Origin: Thermodesulfobacteriota bacterium
GTDB taxonomy: Bacteria; Desulfobacterota_D; UBA1144; Nemesobacterales; JAJCZQ01
Assembly (NCBI GenBank): GCA_965215275.1
Contig: OZ244044.1
Location: forward strand, 928,001 to 992,000
DNA: 64,000 nt
Reading direction: 5' to 3'
Shown: positions 30,571-40,921 of the stretch, piece after piece
Position numbering within the stretch: position 1 is the first letter of the stretch
How the letters are laid out: every line of letters starts with the position of its first letter
The notes under the pieces: model-generated
What the model saw: the letters and a program-made list of their open reading frames with translations, nothing else
What the model was told of the DNA's origin: nothing
Databases searched by the model: none
Position numbers and translations under genes: made by a program

Positions 30571-32076
30571 TTGATGAAAAAACTTCGTTTACCACCATAC
30601 GCAGCTTCGTTATCAGAATCCATGAGAGATATCGGCTACTCACTGGAAACGGCCATAGCTGATATTATAGACAACAGTATCACTGCTGCTGCATCAAAAG
30701 TAGAAATCTGTTTTGATTTCAATATTGAGGAACCTGCTGAACGGGTTCTTGGGATTATTGATAACGGAAAGGGTATGAATAGAGATGAACTTACTAATGC
30801 TATGCGGTACGGGTCTATTCATCCACGTAACATCCGATCAGACAACGATCTCGGACGTTTTGGTCTAGGGCTTAAAACTGCTTCCTTTTCCCAGTGTCGT
30901 AAAGTAACGGTCATCAGCCGAAAAAACGGTGAATGGTCAGGTGCAGTCTGGGATATGGATACGCTGGAAAAACATGATGAATGGATACTCGGAGTTCTTA
31001 ATGCCCGTGAAATTTCAGACATTCCCCATGCTGATAAAATCACCGGCGATGGAACTCTTGTGCTCTGGCAAAAGCTGGACAGACTCTTTGATGGGGAACT
31101 GTACGATTTACATCAGGATTCACTCTTGGAAAAACTTGAGGTAGTGGAAAAACATCTGGCACTGGTCTTTCACCGGTTCTTATCTCACGAGATCAAAAAG
31201 AAAAAACTGGATATATTCATTAACGGTCACCAAGTTGAACCCTTTGATCCATTCTGCCTGAAAAATACGGCAACACAACTGCTGCAAAAAGAGATTGTCA
31301 GAATCAATGGTCATACCATAACCATTCAGCCGTATATATTACCTCATCACAGCAAACTATCACCGAAAGAACACGATTACTACAAGGAACGCAGTGAGTT
31401 TGTCAGCAACCAAGGTGTCTACATCTACCGTAACAATCGCTTGATGGCATGGGGAGACTGGTTCAGGCTGGTGTCAAAAGGAGAATCCACAAAACTGGCT
31501 CGCGTCAGGATAGACTTTCCTAATGCACTGGATGAACACTGGACAATAGACATCAAGAAATCCAAGGCAGTCCCACCTCGCCAAGTAAAGGATAAACTGC
31601 GGCAAATCATTAACAGAATTTCAGAGCAGAGTACCCGTGTTCATAAGGCTAGAGGTCATCGACTTTTTGAAGGTGTAGCACTGCCATTCTGGGTGCGTTA
31701 TGCCGAACATAATGGCATACAATATTCACTGAACAGACAGCATCCTATCCTCCAGGCCTTTAAAGGATCGCTAGACACAGGAAAGCAGCAACTGTTTTCA
31801 GAGGTACTTGAAATTGTAGAAAAATCCATACCTGTTGAAGCAATCTATTCAGATTATTCAACCACACCTAAAAGTTTTGAAGAAACCGAGAAAATCGATG
31901 GTGAAGAAATCAGGGCTAAACTTCACAGGCTGTTTGATATCCTCTCTGCCGAAAATGAGATTGACGAAAATCAATTCAGAAAAACATTCAGTAACTTGAA
32001 ACCCTTCTGTGAATATCCCGAAGAAATAGAAAGGATAATAAAGGAGAAGTTTTATAATGAACCTGAAAGGATTTGA
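30571..32076 (+). CDS. GHKL (MutL/MORC-like) ATPase of an Mza-like system
   Basis: AIADIIDNS, DNGKGM and LGRFGLGLKTAS motifs. Confidence 0.9.
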   Translation: MMKKLRLPPYAASLSESMRDIGYSLETAIADIIDNSITAAASKVEICFDFNIEEPAERVLGIIDNGKGMNRDELTNAMRYGSIHPRNIRSDNDLGRFGLGLKTASFSQCRKVTVISRKNGEWSGAVWDMDTLEKHDEWILGVLNAREISDIPHADKITGDGTLVLWQKLDRLFDGELYDLHQDSLLEKLEVVEKHLALVFHRFLSHEIKKKKLDIFINGHQVEPFDPFCLKNTATQLLQKEIVRINGHTITIQPYILPHHSKLSPKEHDYYKERSEFVSNQGVYIYRNNRLMAWGDWFRLVSKGESTKLARVRIDFPNALDEHWTIDIKKSKAVPPRQVKDKLRQIINRISEQSTRVHKARGHRLFEGVALPFWVRYAEHNGIQYSLNRQHPILQAFKGSLDTGKQQLFSEVLEIVEKSIPVEAIYSDYSTTPKSFEETEKIDGEEIRAKLHRLFDILSAENEIDENQFRKTFSNLKPFCEYPEEIERIIKEKFYNEPERI

Positions 32077-34777
32077 AGATGCTATTATGATGTATTTTAG
32101 GGATCACAATAATGTGTCCCCTTGTGAAATCCGTGAGATTGCTACCTCTTTTTCACCAGTTTTTAAAGTTAGTGAGACAGATATAGAACCCGTCATCAGG
32201 AATGTGGAAAGCAAACTGGTCGTTACAATGAGTAAAGGTATTTCACTTGTTGACCAGAATGCAGATCATGATGATGAATGGTACAGAAAGCGTGAGATTG
32301 AGTGGAACTACTGGAAGGAGTACGAATTGTACCTGACCGGTTGGAGTCCAAGGGTCATTAGCACTCTTGAAAATGTTACAGAGAGAATTCTCGGACTGCT
32401 GAAGGATCCACAGGAAGCATCCGATTGGGACAGACGCGGTCTGGTAATCGGGCACATACAGTCAGGAAAGACAGCAAATTATATAGGTTTAGTATCCAAG
32501 GCTGCTGATGCAGGATATAAATTTATCATTGTTATTGCCGGTATTCACAACAATCTAAGAAAGCAGACACAGCATCGTGTAGATGAAGGGTTTGTTGGAA
32601 GAAGCATCACTTCAGACAAGAAAAGAAAAGTGGTTGGAGTAGGTAAACTTAATCGCAACAGAAATTATCCTGTCTCTCTTACTACCACAAACAGTGATTT
32701 CACTAATAAAATAGCCAGCCAACTTGTTGCTGATCTAAGAGGCTTCAGTCAGCCGGTCGTTGTTGTTATCAAAAAAAACGTGCGAACTCTGAAAAATCTG
32801 TATAACTGGCTGAGAGAACTGAACCTCAGAGATTCATCAGGTCAGATCGCAGATATCCCCATGCTGATGATTGATGATGAAGCAGACTACGCCTCTATCA
32901 ACACTAAAAAACAAGATATTGACCCTACCAGAACAAACGAGGAAATACGCAGTATTCTGAAACTTTTCAAAAAAAGCTGCTATGTTGGGTATACAGCTAC
33001 GCCGTTTGCTAATATTTTTATCAACCCTGAGTCTTCCGCCGAAATGCTTGGTGACGACCTGTTTCCAAAGGACTTCATCTACTGTCTGGATGTCCCAACT
33101 AACTATTTCGGGCCAAGTAAAGTATTTCTGGATGAAGAATCCGGTAAAAAAATCCTCTGTACCATAAGTGATGCAGAGGACTATATTCCTTTTTCTCATA
33201 AAAAGAACTGGATAATTGAAGAACTGCCACCTTCGATGAAGCAGGCAATCAACTCATTTGTGATCGGAAAAGCTGTCAGAATGCTGCGTGAACAAGGGAA
33301 TGAACACTGCTCCATGATGATTAACGCTTCCAGGTTTGTAAACGTACAAAAACAGATAAAGGAACATGTTTTGTATTATATAAAAAACATGTGTCGTGCT
33401 GTAAAATTCAGTTATAACCTTCCAAATGAAAATAAAATTAAATGTAAGTACCTGGCAGCTCTGAAAAAAATATACGATGAGGAGTTTTCAAATATCAGTG
33501 AAACCTGGTCAGATATACAGAAAACATTAGCTGATGCTACAAGTTCGATCAGAACCTTCCTGATTAACAGTCAGTCAGAAGAATCCTTGGATTATAACTA
33601 CTACAAAGAAAATGGAGAATCTCTGACCGTAATTGCTGTAGGCGGATTGAGTCTATCGCGTGGACTTACGCTGGAAGGTCTGATAGTCAGCTATATGTAC
33701 CGGAATACCAGAATGTATGACACACTAATGCAGATGGGAAGATGGTTTGGGTACCGTGATTCATTTGATAACATCTGCAAAGTTTGGCTGACAGATGAAT
33801 CTCAAGGCTGGTACAGCCATATTGCCGAAGCTACTGAGGAGCTTCGGCAGCAGATAAAACAGATGCAGCGTGACAGATTAACCCCAAAAGATTTTGGTCT
33901 TTATGTTCGTACTCACCCCAATGCTCTTCTTGTAACGGCTCGTAACAAAATGCGATCAGCTACAAAGGTAATATTAGACTTTAATTTTGCCGGAAGACTG
34001 AGGGAAACAGTGATTGTTCCATATGATGAACAAATCACCAAGGATAACCGTGAGATGATTTCTGATCTGTTCAAGAAATTAAGTAAGGACCATCACGAAA
34101 AATTAGAAGAGCGTACAGGGTCCTATTTCTGGAAAGACATAAATTATAAAAATGTCGAAGAATTCCTGATTAAGTTCAAGGTCCATAAAAGCCTCATCAG
34201 AGACCAAGAAGCGGTGTTGGAATACCTGCGTAAAATTGCTGAAAAGTATCCGGATGTTGATGTGGCGTTCATCTCTCTCAAAAATCCAAAAAGTGATTCT
34301 GTTTATATGCAGCTTGATAAAAAAAGAAAATTGTTTTGTCAGAAACGTGCCGTCGGTATTGATAACAAGGGCGAAAGAAAAATTCCTGCTGGGGAAGATG
34401 GTCTATGGATTACAAATACAGGGCGTGTTGCCAGCCGTGGAGCCGAAGATATCGGCTTGACAGACGAACAGGTGCGTGAAGCCGAAGAAGCTAAAGCAAA
34501 AACTGAGACTGGTAATAATATATCAGACCACTTCTACAGGAAGGTCCGATCAAAACCATTGCTTATGATTCACTTACTGACACTTGGTTATAAGAATCCG
34601 GGGGAAGACAAGGAATCTGAAACTCTTCTTGATAAAGTTCCAGCAACTAGTATCAGTTTCCCTTATAATTTCAAAACAGAGGATCATTTAGAATATGTTG
34701 AATGTGTAGTTAATAGGATATGGCTGCAGCAGGATATGTTTGATGACCCTGATGATGAGGATGATTATGACAACTGA
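32057..34777 (+). CDS. Z1 domain protein (SF2 helicase-like N-terminus)
   Basis: GHIQSGKT, IDDEAD, GYTATPFAN, LSRGLTLEGL and QMGRWFGYR motifs. Confidence 0.92.
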   Translation: MNLKGFEDAIMMYFRDHNNVSPCEIREIATSFSPVFKVSETDIEPVIRNVESKLVVTMSKGISLVDQNADHDDEWYRKREIEWNYWKEYELYLTGWSPRVISTLENVTERILGLLKDPQEASDWDRRGLVIGHIQSGKTANYIGLVSKAADAGYKFIIVIAGIHNNLRKQTQHRVDEGFVGRSITSDKKRKVVGVGKLNRNRNYPVSLTTTNSDFTNKIASQLVADLRGFSQPVVVVIKKNVRTLKNLYNWLRELNLRDSSGQIADIPMLMIDDEADYASINTKKQDIDPTRTNEEIRSILKLFKKSCYVGYTATPFANIFINPESSAEMLGDDLFPKDFIYCLDVPTNYFGPSKVFLDEESGKKILCTISDAEDYIPFSHKKNWIIEELPPSMKQAINSFVIGKAVRMLREQGNEHCSMMINASRFVNVQKQIKEHVLYYIKNMCRAVKFSYNLPNENKIKCKYLAALKKIYDEEFSNISETWSDIQKTLADATSSIRTFLINSQSEESLDYNYYKENGESLTVIAVGGLSLSRGLTLEGLIVSYMYRNTRMYDTLMQMGRWFGYRDSFDNICKVWLTDESQGWYSHIAEATEELRQQIKQMQRDRLTPKDFGLYVRTHPNALLVTARNKMRSATKVILDFNFAGRLRETVIVPYDEQITKDNREMISDLFKKLSKDHHEKLEERTGSYFWKDINYKNVEEFLIKFKVHKSLIRDQEAVLEYLRKIAEKYPDVDVAFISLKNPKSDSVYMQLDKKRKLFCQKRAVGIDNKGERKIPAGEDGLWITNTGRVASRGAEDIGLTDEQVREAEEAKAKTETGNNISDHFYRKVRSKPLLMIHLLTLGYKNPGEDKESETLLDKVPATSISFPYNFKTEDHLEYVECVVNRIWLQQDMFDDPDDEDDYDN

Positions 34778-35747
34778 TACCTCTCCGTGGGAAAAAATTA
34801 ACATTCCACCCAATGAGTTAAACTTGCTTAGGGCATTACCTGATCACCCTCATGACTTTTTCTGGGGAAGAGACTCAGCGGGACATTATCTTCTGGTACT
34901 GAAATGTGAGAAAGCAGATTTCAAAGAAAAATTAGCCGGCAGAAAAATAGTGCTGTCCGGAATCAAGACTGATTTCAGACTAATTCCTGATACAGGTGAA
35001 GCCTTTCTGATGCTTGTTCTCCAGGAAATGGAGAATGCCGATATTTTCTTGACACTCTGCAACGATATCATTCAGAAGACGCAACCTGTAAAAGAAACTG
35101 GCACAGCAATGAACATTCTTTTCACACGTCTTGAGCATTGGCGATTATTCCTAAGCCGTGCCAGAAAAAATACCCTGAGTGACCGTGAGGTGCAGAAGCT
35201 TTTCAGCGAACTGAAGTTCATGGAGAAATGCATTGAACGACAGATCTTTTCTCCTGCGGCAATAATAGAAGGTTGGCAATTGCGGTCAGGTGGTCCTCAT
35301 AGTTTTGTATTAGGTCATTCAGCAGTGGAGATAGAATATGTCACAGGTTCACGAAGTGACTCAGTCCTTATCTCCTCTGAAAATCAGTTGCAGACACATC
35401 TGGAGCATCTCTTTCTGAATGTATTTTTTCTCTCCAGAGATTCGGACTGCACGACAGGTATGTCACTTAATAACACAGTCAGACAGGTGCGAGAGAGATT
35501 TGCCGACAATAATCTTCAGTATATATTTGAAAAACGCCTTATGGAATCTGGATACATTGACATTCCCGAATATGATCTTCCCTGCTTTTTGGTATCTGAA
35601 GTTCGTACTTACCTGGTGGAAAGCAATAAATTTCCATGTATTACCCCGGATATACTGCCTGAAGGCGTAAAAGATGTATTATACAGGATTAGTTTCAGCA
35701 GCATCTCAGACTATCTCTGTAATATTTCTGCAATTGGAGATAAATAA
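34740..35747 (+). CDS. PD-(D/E)XK motif protein (DUF4420-like), catalytic motif apparently degenerate; likely start at 34767
   Basis: Lies between Z1 and AIPR; ISSENQL motif; SF...EIEY where DF...EVK is expected. Confidence 0.75.
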   Translation: MMTLMMRMIMTTDTSPWEKINIPPNELNLLRALPDHPHDFFWGRDSAGHYLLVLKCEKADFKEKLAGRKIVLSGIKTDFRLIPDTGEAFLMLVLQEMENADIFLTLCNDIIQKTQPVKETGTAMNILFTRLEHWRLFLSRARKNTLSDREVQKLFSELKFMEKCIERQIFSPAAIIEGWQLRSGGPHSFVLGHSAVEIEYVTGSRSDSVLISSENQLQTHLEHLFLNVFFLSRDSDCTTGMSLNNTVRQVRERFADNNLQYIFEKRLMESGYIDIPEYDLPCFLVSEVRTYLVESNKFPCITPDILPEGVKDVLYRISFSSISDYLCNISAIGDK

Positions 35748-35752
35748 TAACG

Positions 35753-37813
35753 ATGGACATTGAAGAGTTTTTTCATGATTTCAGACAGGATTTACTGGTA
35801 GATGCTGAAGTAAAACAGGATTTTATGGAAGCGGAGTTTGCTCTGCGAGTTTCGAAAGAACTTGATGAATCAGGAGCTATAGAAGGATTTGAACCATGTC
35901 ACTATAAAGCACAAAGAGGCATGCGAGTTGATGGCTACTGGTTCAATGAAGATGGAAGCATCCTTGATCTTTTCATTGTGGATTTTGCCAACAGGGAAAA
36001 CCTAGAATCTTTGACTCGTACAGACGTTGAGGGAATTTTCAAACGCCTGGAGAATTTCTTCACAGCCAGTGCAGAGAAGGAGCTTTTCTATGATCTGGAA
36101 GAAACGTCGCGTGGTTACGGCTTGGCGAGAGATATTTCCGAACGTGAACACTCTTTAGCAAAAGTTAATTTCTATCTTTTGTCAGAACGCCGGTTGAGTG
36201 AAAAGCTGCAGGCTATTGATGATAAACAGAGAGGAAAAAAGATGTTCACTTATCATGTATGGGATATATCACGTCTGTACAGAGTGGAAACATCCAGAGG
36301 TAAAAAGGAAGAGTTAGTTATCGATTTCAATGAAATGTTTGGTCGAGGTATTCAGTGCCTGCTGGCACACATTGATTCTGCGGATTATGAATCCTATCTT
36401 CTGGTCATGCCGGGTGAAATACTTGGCGATCTGTATGGACGCTATGGCAGCAGACTACTTGAGCAGAACGTACGTTGCTTCCTGCAGGCTCGCGGAAAGG
36501 TTAACAAGGGTATCCGTGCCACAATCATGAACGACCCTGATATGTTCTTCGCCTATAATAATGGAATTACGGCAACGGCTAAAGAAGTGGTGACTGAAAA
36601 ACATGATGATGGCATTTATATCAAGAAGATACGCGACTTGCAGATTGTTAACGGAGGTCAGACTACAGCATCTATTTTCCATACAAACAAAAAGGATAAG
36701 GCTTCGCTGCATAATATTTTTGTGCAGATGAAACTGTCAGTTGTAGATGTTGAAAAAGGTGAAGAGGTTATTCCAAAGATATCGGAATATGCCAATACCC
36801 AGAACAGGGTGAATGCGGCAGACTTCTTCTCTACTCATCCTTTTCATATAAGGATGGAGGAATTCTCCAGAAGGCTGTGGGCACCATCAGAGCAAGGAGC
36901 ACAACGTGAAACGAAATGGTTTTATGAACGTGCCAGAGGTCAGTATGATGATGCACAGTCAAATTTGTCGAAAGCCGAAAAGAAAAAATTCCAGGCGGAA
37001 TATCCAAAAAATAAGAGGTTTACCAAAACAGACTTGGCAAAATTTGAAAATGTATGGGATGAAAAACCAACTTACGTGAATCACGGTGCTCAGAATAATT
37101 TCGCTCATTATGCAAAACGGATCGGTCAGATGTGGAATAAGAATGCTGACCAGTTCAACGAATTTTATTTTAAGCGCGTCATTGCCAGAGCTGTTCTGTT
37201 CCGGAAAACTGAAAGGATGGTGTCTGCACAGCCATGGTATGATGGCGTATACCGTGCAAATGTTGTTGCTTATACGCTGGCTCTTCTTGGAGAATTATGT
37301 TCCAGTAATGGCAAGTCCCTGGATTTTATGAAAATATGGGATAAGCAGGACATCTCCGATACTGTTATGCGGTCTCTTGAAATAACGGCAAAACTTGTTC
37401 ACGACGATATTACAAAACCAATAGCTGATGTATATAGTATATGGAACTGGTGTAGGATGGAGGCCTGCTGGGACCGGCTGCAGACAAAAACAGCAGAACT
37501 GAAATCCATGCTTCCGGCAAAATTCATGGAGGAACTGGTTTCAAAAGAGGAAGTTGATCAGGAAGTTAAATCTGCAGCCAAAGTGCAGAAGATGGAAACA
37601 GGTATTGAAGCACAGAAAAAAGTAATTGATATTTCTGCCAGTAAATGGGAATCAATATTTACTGAAGGTCAGAAAAAACGTATTTTCAGTCCGAAAGAAA
37701 TCAATATTCTGAAGATTGCAACCCTGATCCCTCAGAAAATTCCATCAGAGAAACAATCAGCTGTGCTGCTGGAAGTGCTGAAAAAAGCAGAGGAAGAAGG
37801 AATCACGATATAA
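35753..37813 (+). CDS. AIPR family protein
   Basis: LLEQNVRCFL, FFAYNNGIT, QIVNGGQTT and NTQN motifs. Confidence 0.92.
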   Translation: MDIEEFFHDFRQDLLVDAEVKQDFMEAEFALRVSKELDESGAIEGFEPCHYKAQRGMRVDGYWFNEDGSILDLFIVDFANRENLESLTRTDVEGIFKRLENFFTASAEKELFYDLEETSRGYGLARDISEREHSLAKVNFYLLSERRLSEKLQAIDDKQRGKKMFTYHVWDISRLYRVETSRGKKEELVIDFNEMFGRGIQCLLAHIDSADYESYLLVMPGEILGDLYGRYGSRLLEQNVRCFLQARGKVNKGIRATIMNDPDMFFAYNNGITATAKEVVTEKHDDGIYIKKIRDLQIVNGGQTTASIFHTNKKDKASLHNIFVQMKLSVVDVEKGEEVIPKISEYANTQNRVNAADFFSTHPFHIRMEEFSRRLWAPSEQGAQRETKWFYERARGQYDDAQSNLSKAEKKKFQAEYPKNKRFTKTDLAKFENVWDEKPTYVNHGAQNNFAHYAKRIGQMWNKNADQFNEFYFKRVIARAVLFRKTERMVSAQPWYDGVYRANVVAYTLALLGELCSSNGKSLDFMKIWDKQDISDTVMRSLEITAKLVHDDITKPIADVYSIWNWCRMEACWDRLQTKTAELKSMLPAKFMEELVSKEEVDQEVKSAAKVQKMETGIEAQKKVIDISASKWESIFTEGQKKRIFSPKEINILKIATLIPQKIPSEKQSAVLLEVLKKAEEEGITI

Positions 37814-38131
37814 TTCCAAGTTCCGGGTGGTCTTCACATCATATGCTAATAAATGTAACTTAATCAAGCAGAAAAATCTTTCAAATCACCATTGCTCCGT
37901 GACTTTAAAAGTCAGCAGCACGGTTTTTCTGCACAGTTTACAGATTCCTACAGGCATCATCTTACTCTTTAATTATATAATCATTGTCAGTACGATGTAA
38001 TCTGGAGGTCATGTATAAGATTTGCTTAAATACTTTAAGGATAAAAGAAAACAGTTTTCTCGTATTTTAAAAGCCGATATCAAATCTGCACAAATTAAAC
38101 CGATAAGATGAAATAACAACAGGGCATTGAG

Positions 38132-38187
38132 AAACAGGCCCCCGTTACAAGCCCGACGTACCCTGTACCGATAACAGCGATATTCAT
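38132..38187 (-). pseudogene. Duplicated 5' fragment of ugd
   Basis: Encodes MNIAVIGTGYVGLVTGACF and is nearly identical to 29656-29711. Confidence 0.9.
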
Positions 38188-38444
38188 ATTTATAACCTCA
38201 AAAAATCTGGAAATTATATACTTATTTACCCGAAGAAGCTAAGTGGTACTATAACACCTTAAGCCCGTGTTGGGAGATATGCGTCCTTATCTACTCCACC
38301 CCACGATGTAAAAATAAAAACTTTTCTGAGAACGTTCTCATAAACATTGTACTGGCATGTTATGCATTATCACACCAGAAAGAAACTCGTACACTTAAAT
38401 ATTTCTCCTTTGCTCGTTGATATAACTAATATAATTCCCAATTT

Positions 38445-39113
38445 TTACTTCAAGAGACCCTTTAGATCATCAATAAACCTGTCAAACATTTTTACTTTAT
38501 CACTGTTCTCAATATCACTTTCATTCAAAACATAGCTTCCATCCGTGTCTGCTTCCACAATTGCACGTCCCTTTTTAGCGGGTTTTCTTATCATCAGTAC
38601 TCCATCCTCGTCAAGTGTAATAAAATAAAACTTTATGTGCCTGGTAAGAGATTGATTTTGCAACTTCATTTTCCAGTATCCCGTTTGGGCAATTCTTTCC
38701 CGAAGCGTTACCTTGACAGAGAGTGCGGCAATGATTTTATTTGTCTTTGGGTCGTAAATAACAATATCAACGTCGGGAAGATGATAACCAAATTCACCAT
38801 AATCGATCAGCAAATTTTTTTTAACCTGTCCGAGATCTTCAGAAAGATTGCTTTTATTTGTTCGTTTCAGAGCATTGCTGTTTATAGCTTTTAATCCTAA
38901 GCCGTGGACCTCATCAGTGATAATGTACTCAATCAGTTTTTCAAGGTTGTTTCCTTTGAAAGATCTCCACGACTGTTCGTGGTCAGTTCCACGAAAATCC
39001 TTTTTGTGCTGCTCCTTGGCTTCTTTGAATACAGTTGAAATCTGTCTGTACGCCTGTGTGCCGTACCTTTTCTTTTTCTTTTTGTAAATTTCGATCAGAT
39101 CATCTATTGTCAT
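38445..39113 (-). CDS. Type II restriction endonuclease, BsaWI-like
   Basis: QSW...KG..LE, LPDVDIVIY and SVKVTLRERIAQT.YW motifs. Confidence 0.75.
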   Translation of the reverse strand: MTIDDLIEIYKKKKKRYGTQAYRQISTVFKEAKEQHKKDFRGTDHEQSWRSFKGNNLEKLIEYIITDEVHGLGLKAINSNALKRTNKSNLSEDLGQVKKNLLIDYGEFGYHLPDVDIVIYDPKTNKIIAALSVKVTLRERIAQTGYWKMKLQNQSLTRHIKFYFITLDEDGVLMIRKPAKKGRAIVEADTDGSYVLNESDIENSDKVKMFDRFIDDLKGLLK

Positions 39114-40390
39114 ATTTTTTGCATAACTAATATATATTCCGTTGGGTAGGCAAAAACCTTTTTCCTGTCCGTTGCCTTCGCAAAACGACCCGTTGTTTTA
39201 TCCCTTATCGAAGGCAGGTTCTTTGAGGGGATCTTCCGTTTTATAATACCATCAATTCTAAAACCAAGACCTTGTAACTGCTCAACAAAAACCTGAGCAT
39301 TCAGGATCTCCACTCCTTTTAAACTCGTATTACCTATTACGATACAAGTTCGGCCGCCTTTTTTTAATATTCTTTTCATCTCTTCAAAAACCTGGTTCAT
39401 TTCACCAAAATACGTTGAGACTTCCTCAGCCGTTCTTTTGTCTTTCTTCAACAGTTCAGTTTTTATATTCTCTGCAATTTTACTGTTCAAAGTAAGCCCT
39501 TTTTTATTATGGTAGGCAGTGCCAATAAATCTTTTTCTAAAATCACTCAAATCTTTTGTGTATTCAAACCAAAGAGCAGTAAGCTGATGCAGGTCAGCGT
39601 ATTCATACGAAGTAACATAGGGTGGCGATGTAACGATCAAACTGACGGAGTCAGATCCTGCAGGTATTTTTCTCGCGTCCGTACAGTAAACATCGCAAGG
39701 GGTTGTCAGATATTGTCTTTCTTGCAAAAGACTGAAAAAATCAGTATTGCCCCGAAACATAGCTTTGACGTGACGAGAAAAAATAATAAAAGGATCAGCT
39801 GGCTGCTTCTTTAGATCCCTTGTAGGTTTATTGCTTTTCTGAAGCCAAATCGAGCAATTTTTGAGAATATTTGAAAAACCGCAGTAGAAAAAATCCTTTA
39901 TATCCCGGTCTTTTATTTTTGAAATTTCAGAAAAAAGAAAAGCAAGTTTTCTTTTCTGTTCCTGTTTAAACCAGTAATCAATACTCTTGTGTTCTGGTGC
40001 TTTGACTTTTGTATGTTTATCAAAAGAATCTATTTCAGTTCTTAACTTAAAAAATTGTTTTTGAATTTTGATCGGTTCGATCGGAGTTTTTTTTGCTTTT
40101 GTCATCAAGACCGCAACAGGATTTATATCTACTCCAATTGACGACCTGCCCATAATTTTAGATTCAACAAGGGTAGTTCCACAACCGCCGAACGGATCAA
40201 CGACCAAATCACCCTCTTTTGTGTATTTTGCAACAAGACGAGAAACTATCTGGGGAATGAATTTTGCGGGATAGCGGTGATAACCATGAGTAATATAAGC
40301 AGTATCTTTTCTTGTTTTATCGGCAAAGGCCCAAGAAGGTTTAACTCTGGATTTCTCAAATAAATTTAATATATCTTGTTTTTGTGACAT
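39110..40390 (-). CDS. N4-cytosine-type DNA methyltransferase
   Basis: H.YPAKF, DPFGGCGTT, then TSPPY. Confidence 0.9.
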   Translation of the reverse strand: MSQKQDILNLFEKSRVKPSWAFADKTRKDTAYITHGYHRYPAKFIPQIVSRLVAKYTKEGDLVVDPFGGCGTTLVESKIMGRSSIGVDINPVAVLMTKAKKTPIEPIKIQKQFFKLRTEIDSFDKHTKVKAPEHKSIDYWFKQEQKRKLAFLFSEISKIKDRDIKDFFYCGFSNILKNCSIWLQKSNKPTRDLKKQPADPFIIFSRHVKAMFRGNTDFFSLLQERQYLTTPCDVYCTDARKIPAGSDSVSLIVTSPPYVTSYEYADLHQLTALWFEYTKDLSDFRKRFIGTAYHNKKGLTLNSKIAENIKTELLKKDKRTAEEVSTYFGEMNQVFEEMKRILKKGGRTCIVIGNTSLKGVEILNAQVFVEQLQGLGFRIDGIIKRKIPSKNLPSIRDKTTGRFAKATDRKKVFAYPTEYILVMQKI

Positions 40391-40921
40391 ACGTTTATTA
40401 TTTGAGCTGCAAAAATGGCAAAGCAGAACAAGTTTGTGAAGTATATTGAGATGAAACTAAAGTCAACTGACCACCAGTACTTCCAGTCTTGTAAGTTAAC
40501 TGATCTGAAAATTCGTCTAAATCCTTATCCCATGAACTACTTATTACTCTTGACATATCGTTAATAACGATACTATAAATTCACAGGTTTAGCAAGCCAT
40601 CTGCTTACTGGTCTCGGCAACACTATATGTAATCCCCCCCCCCAAAAAAATTTTTTGAAAAAGTACATAAACAAAGAAGAAAGAAAAAACCATACAAGAA
40701 ACAAGCCTTTTGGACATTACTTTCGTGGTTTTACAGTTAATGGGAAAATAATCGTATAAAACTTTTGCCAATTTTGTTTTAGGTCATAATGTTTAACATA
40801 CTAATTGTTATACTTTATAGCGTGTAGTTATAAGGAATCTTTTGATAACTTATTTAAGGGAAATACAAAAATAGTTATATGAAAGTATATATAAAAAGAG
40901 AAAGAAATAAGAGAACAGAAA

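Larger units (their letters stand above)
38209..40643. mobile_element. Non-autonomous cassette carrying a type II RM pair, bounded by IS1595-like inverted ends
   Basis: Left end ggaaattatatac; right end atatgtaatcccc; flanks aaaaaatct / aaaaaaattt; an uninterrupted homologous site is at 29722-29750. Confidence 0.65.
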
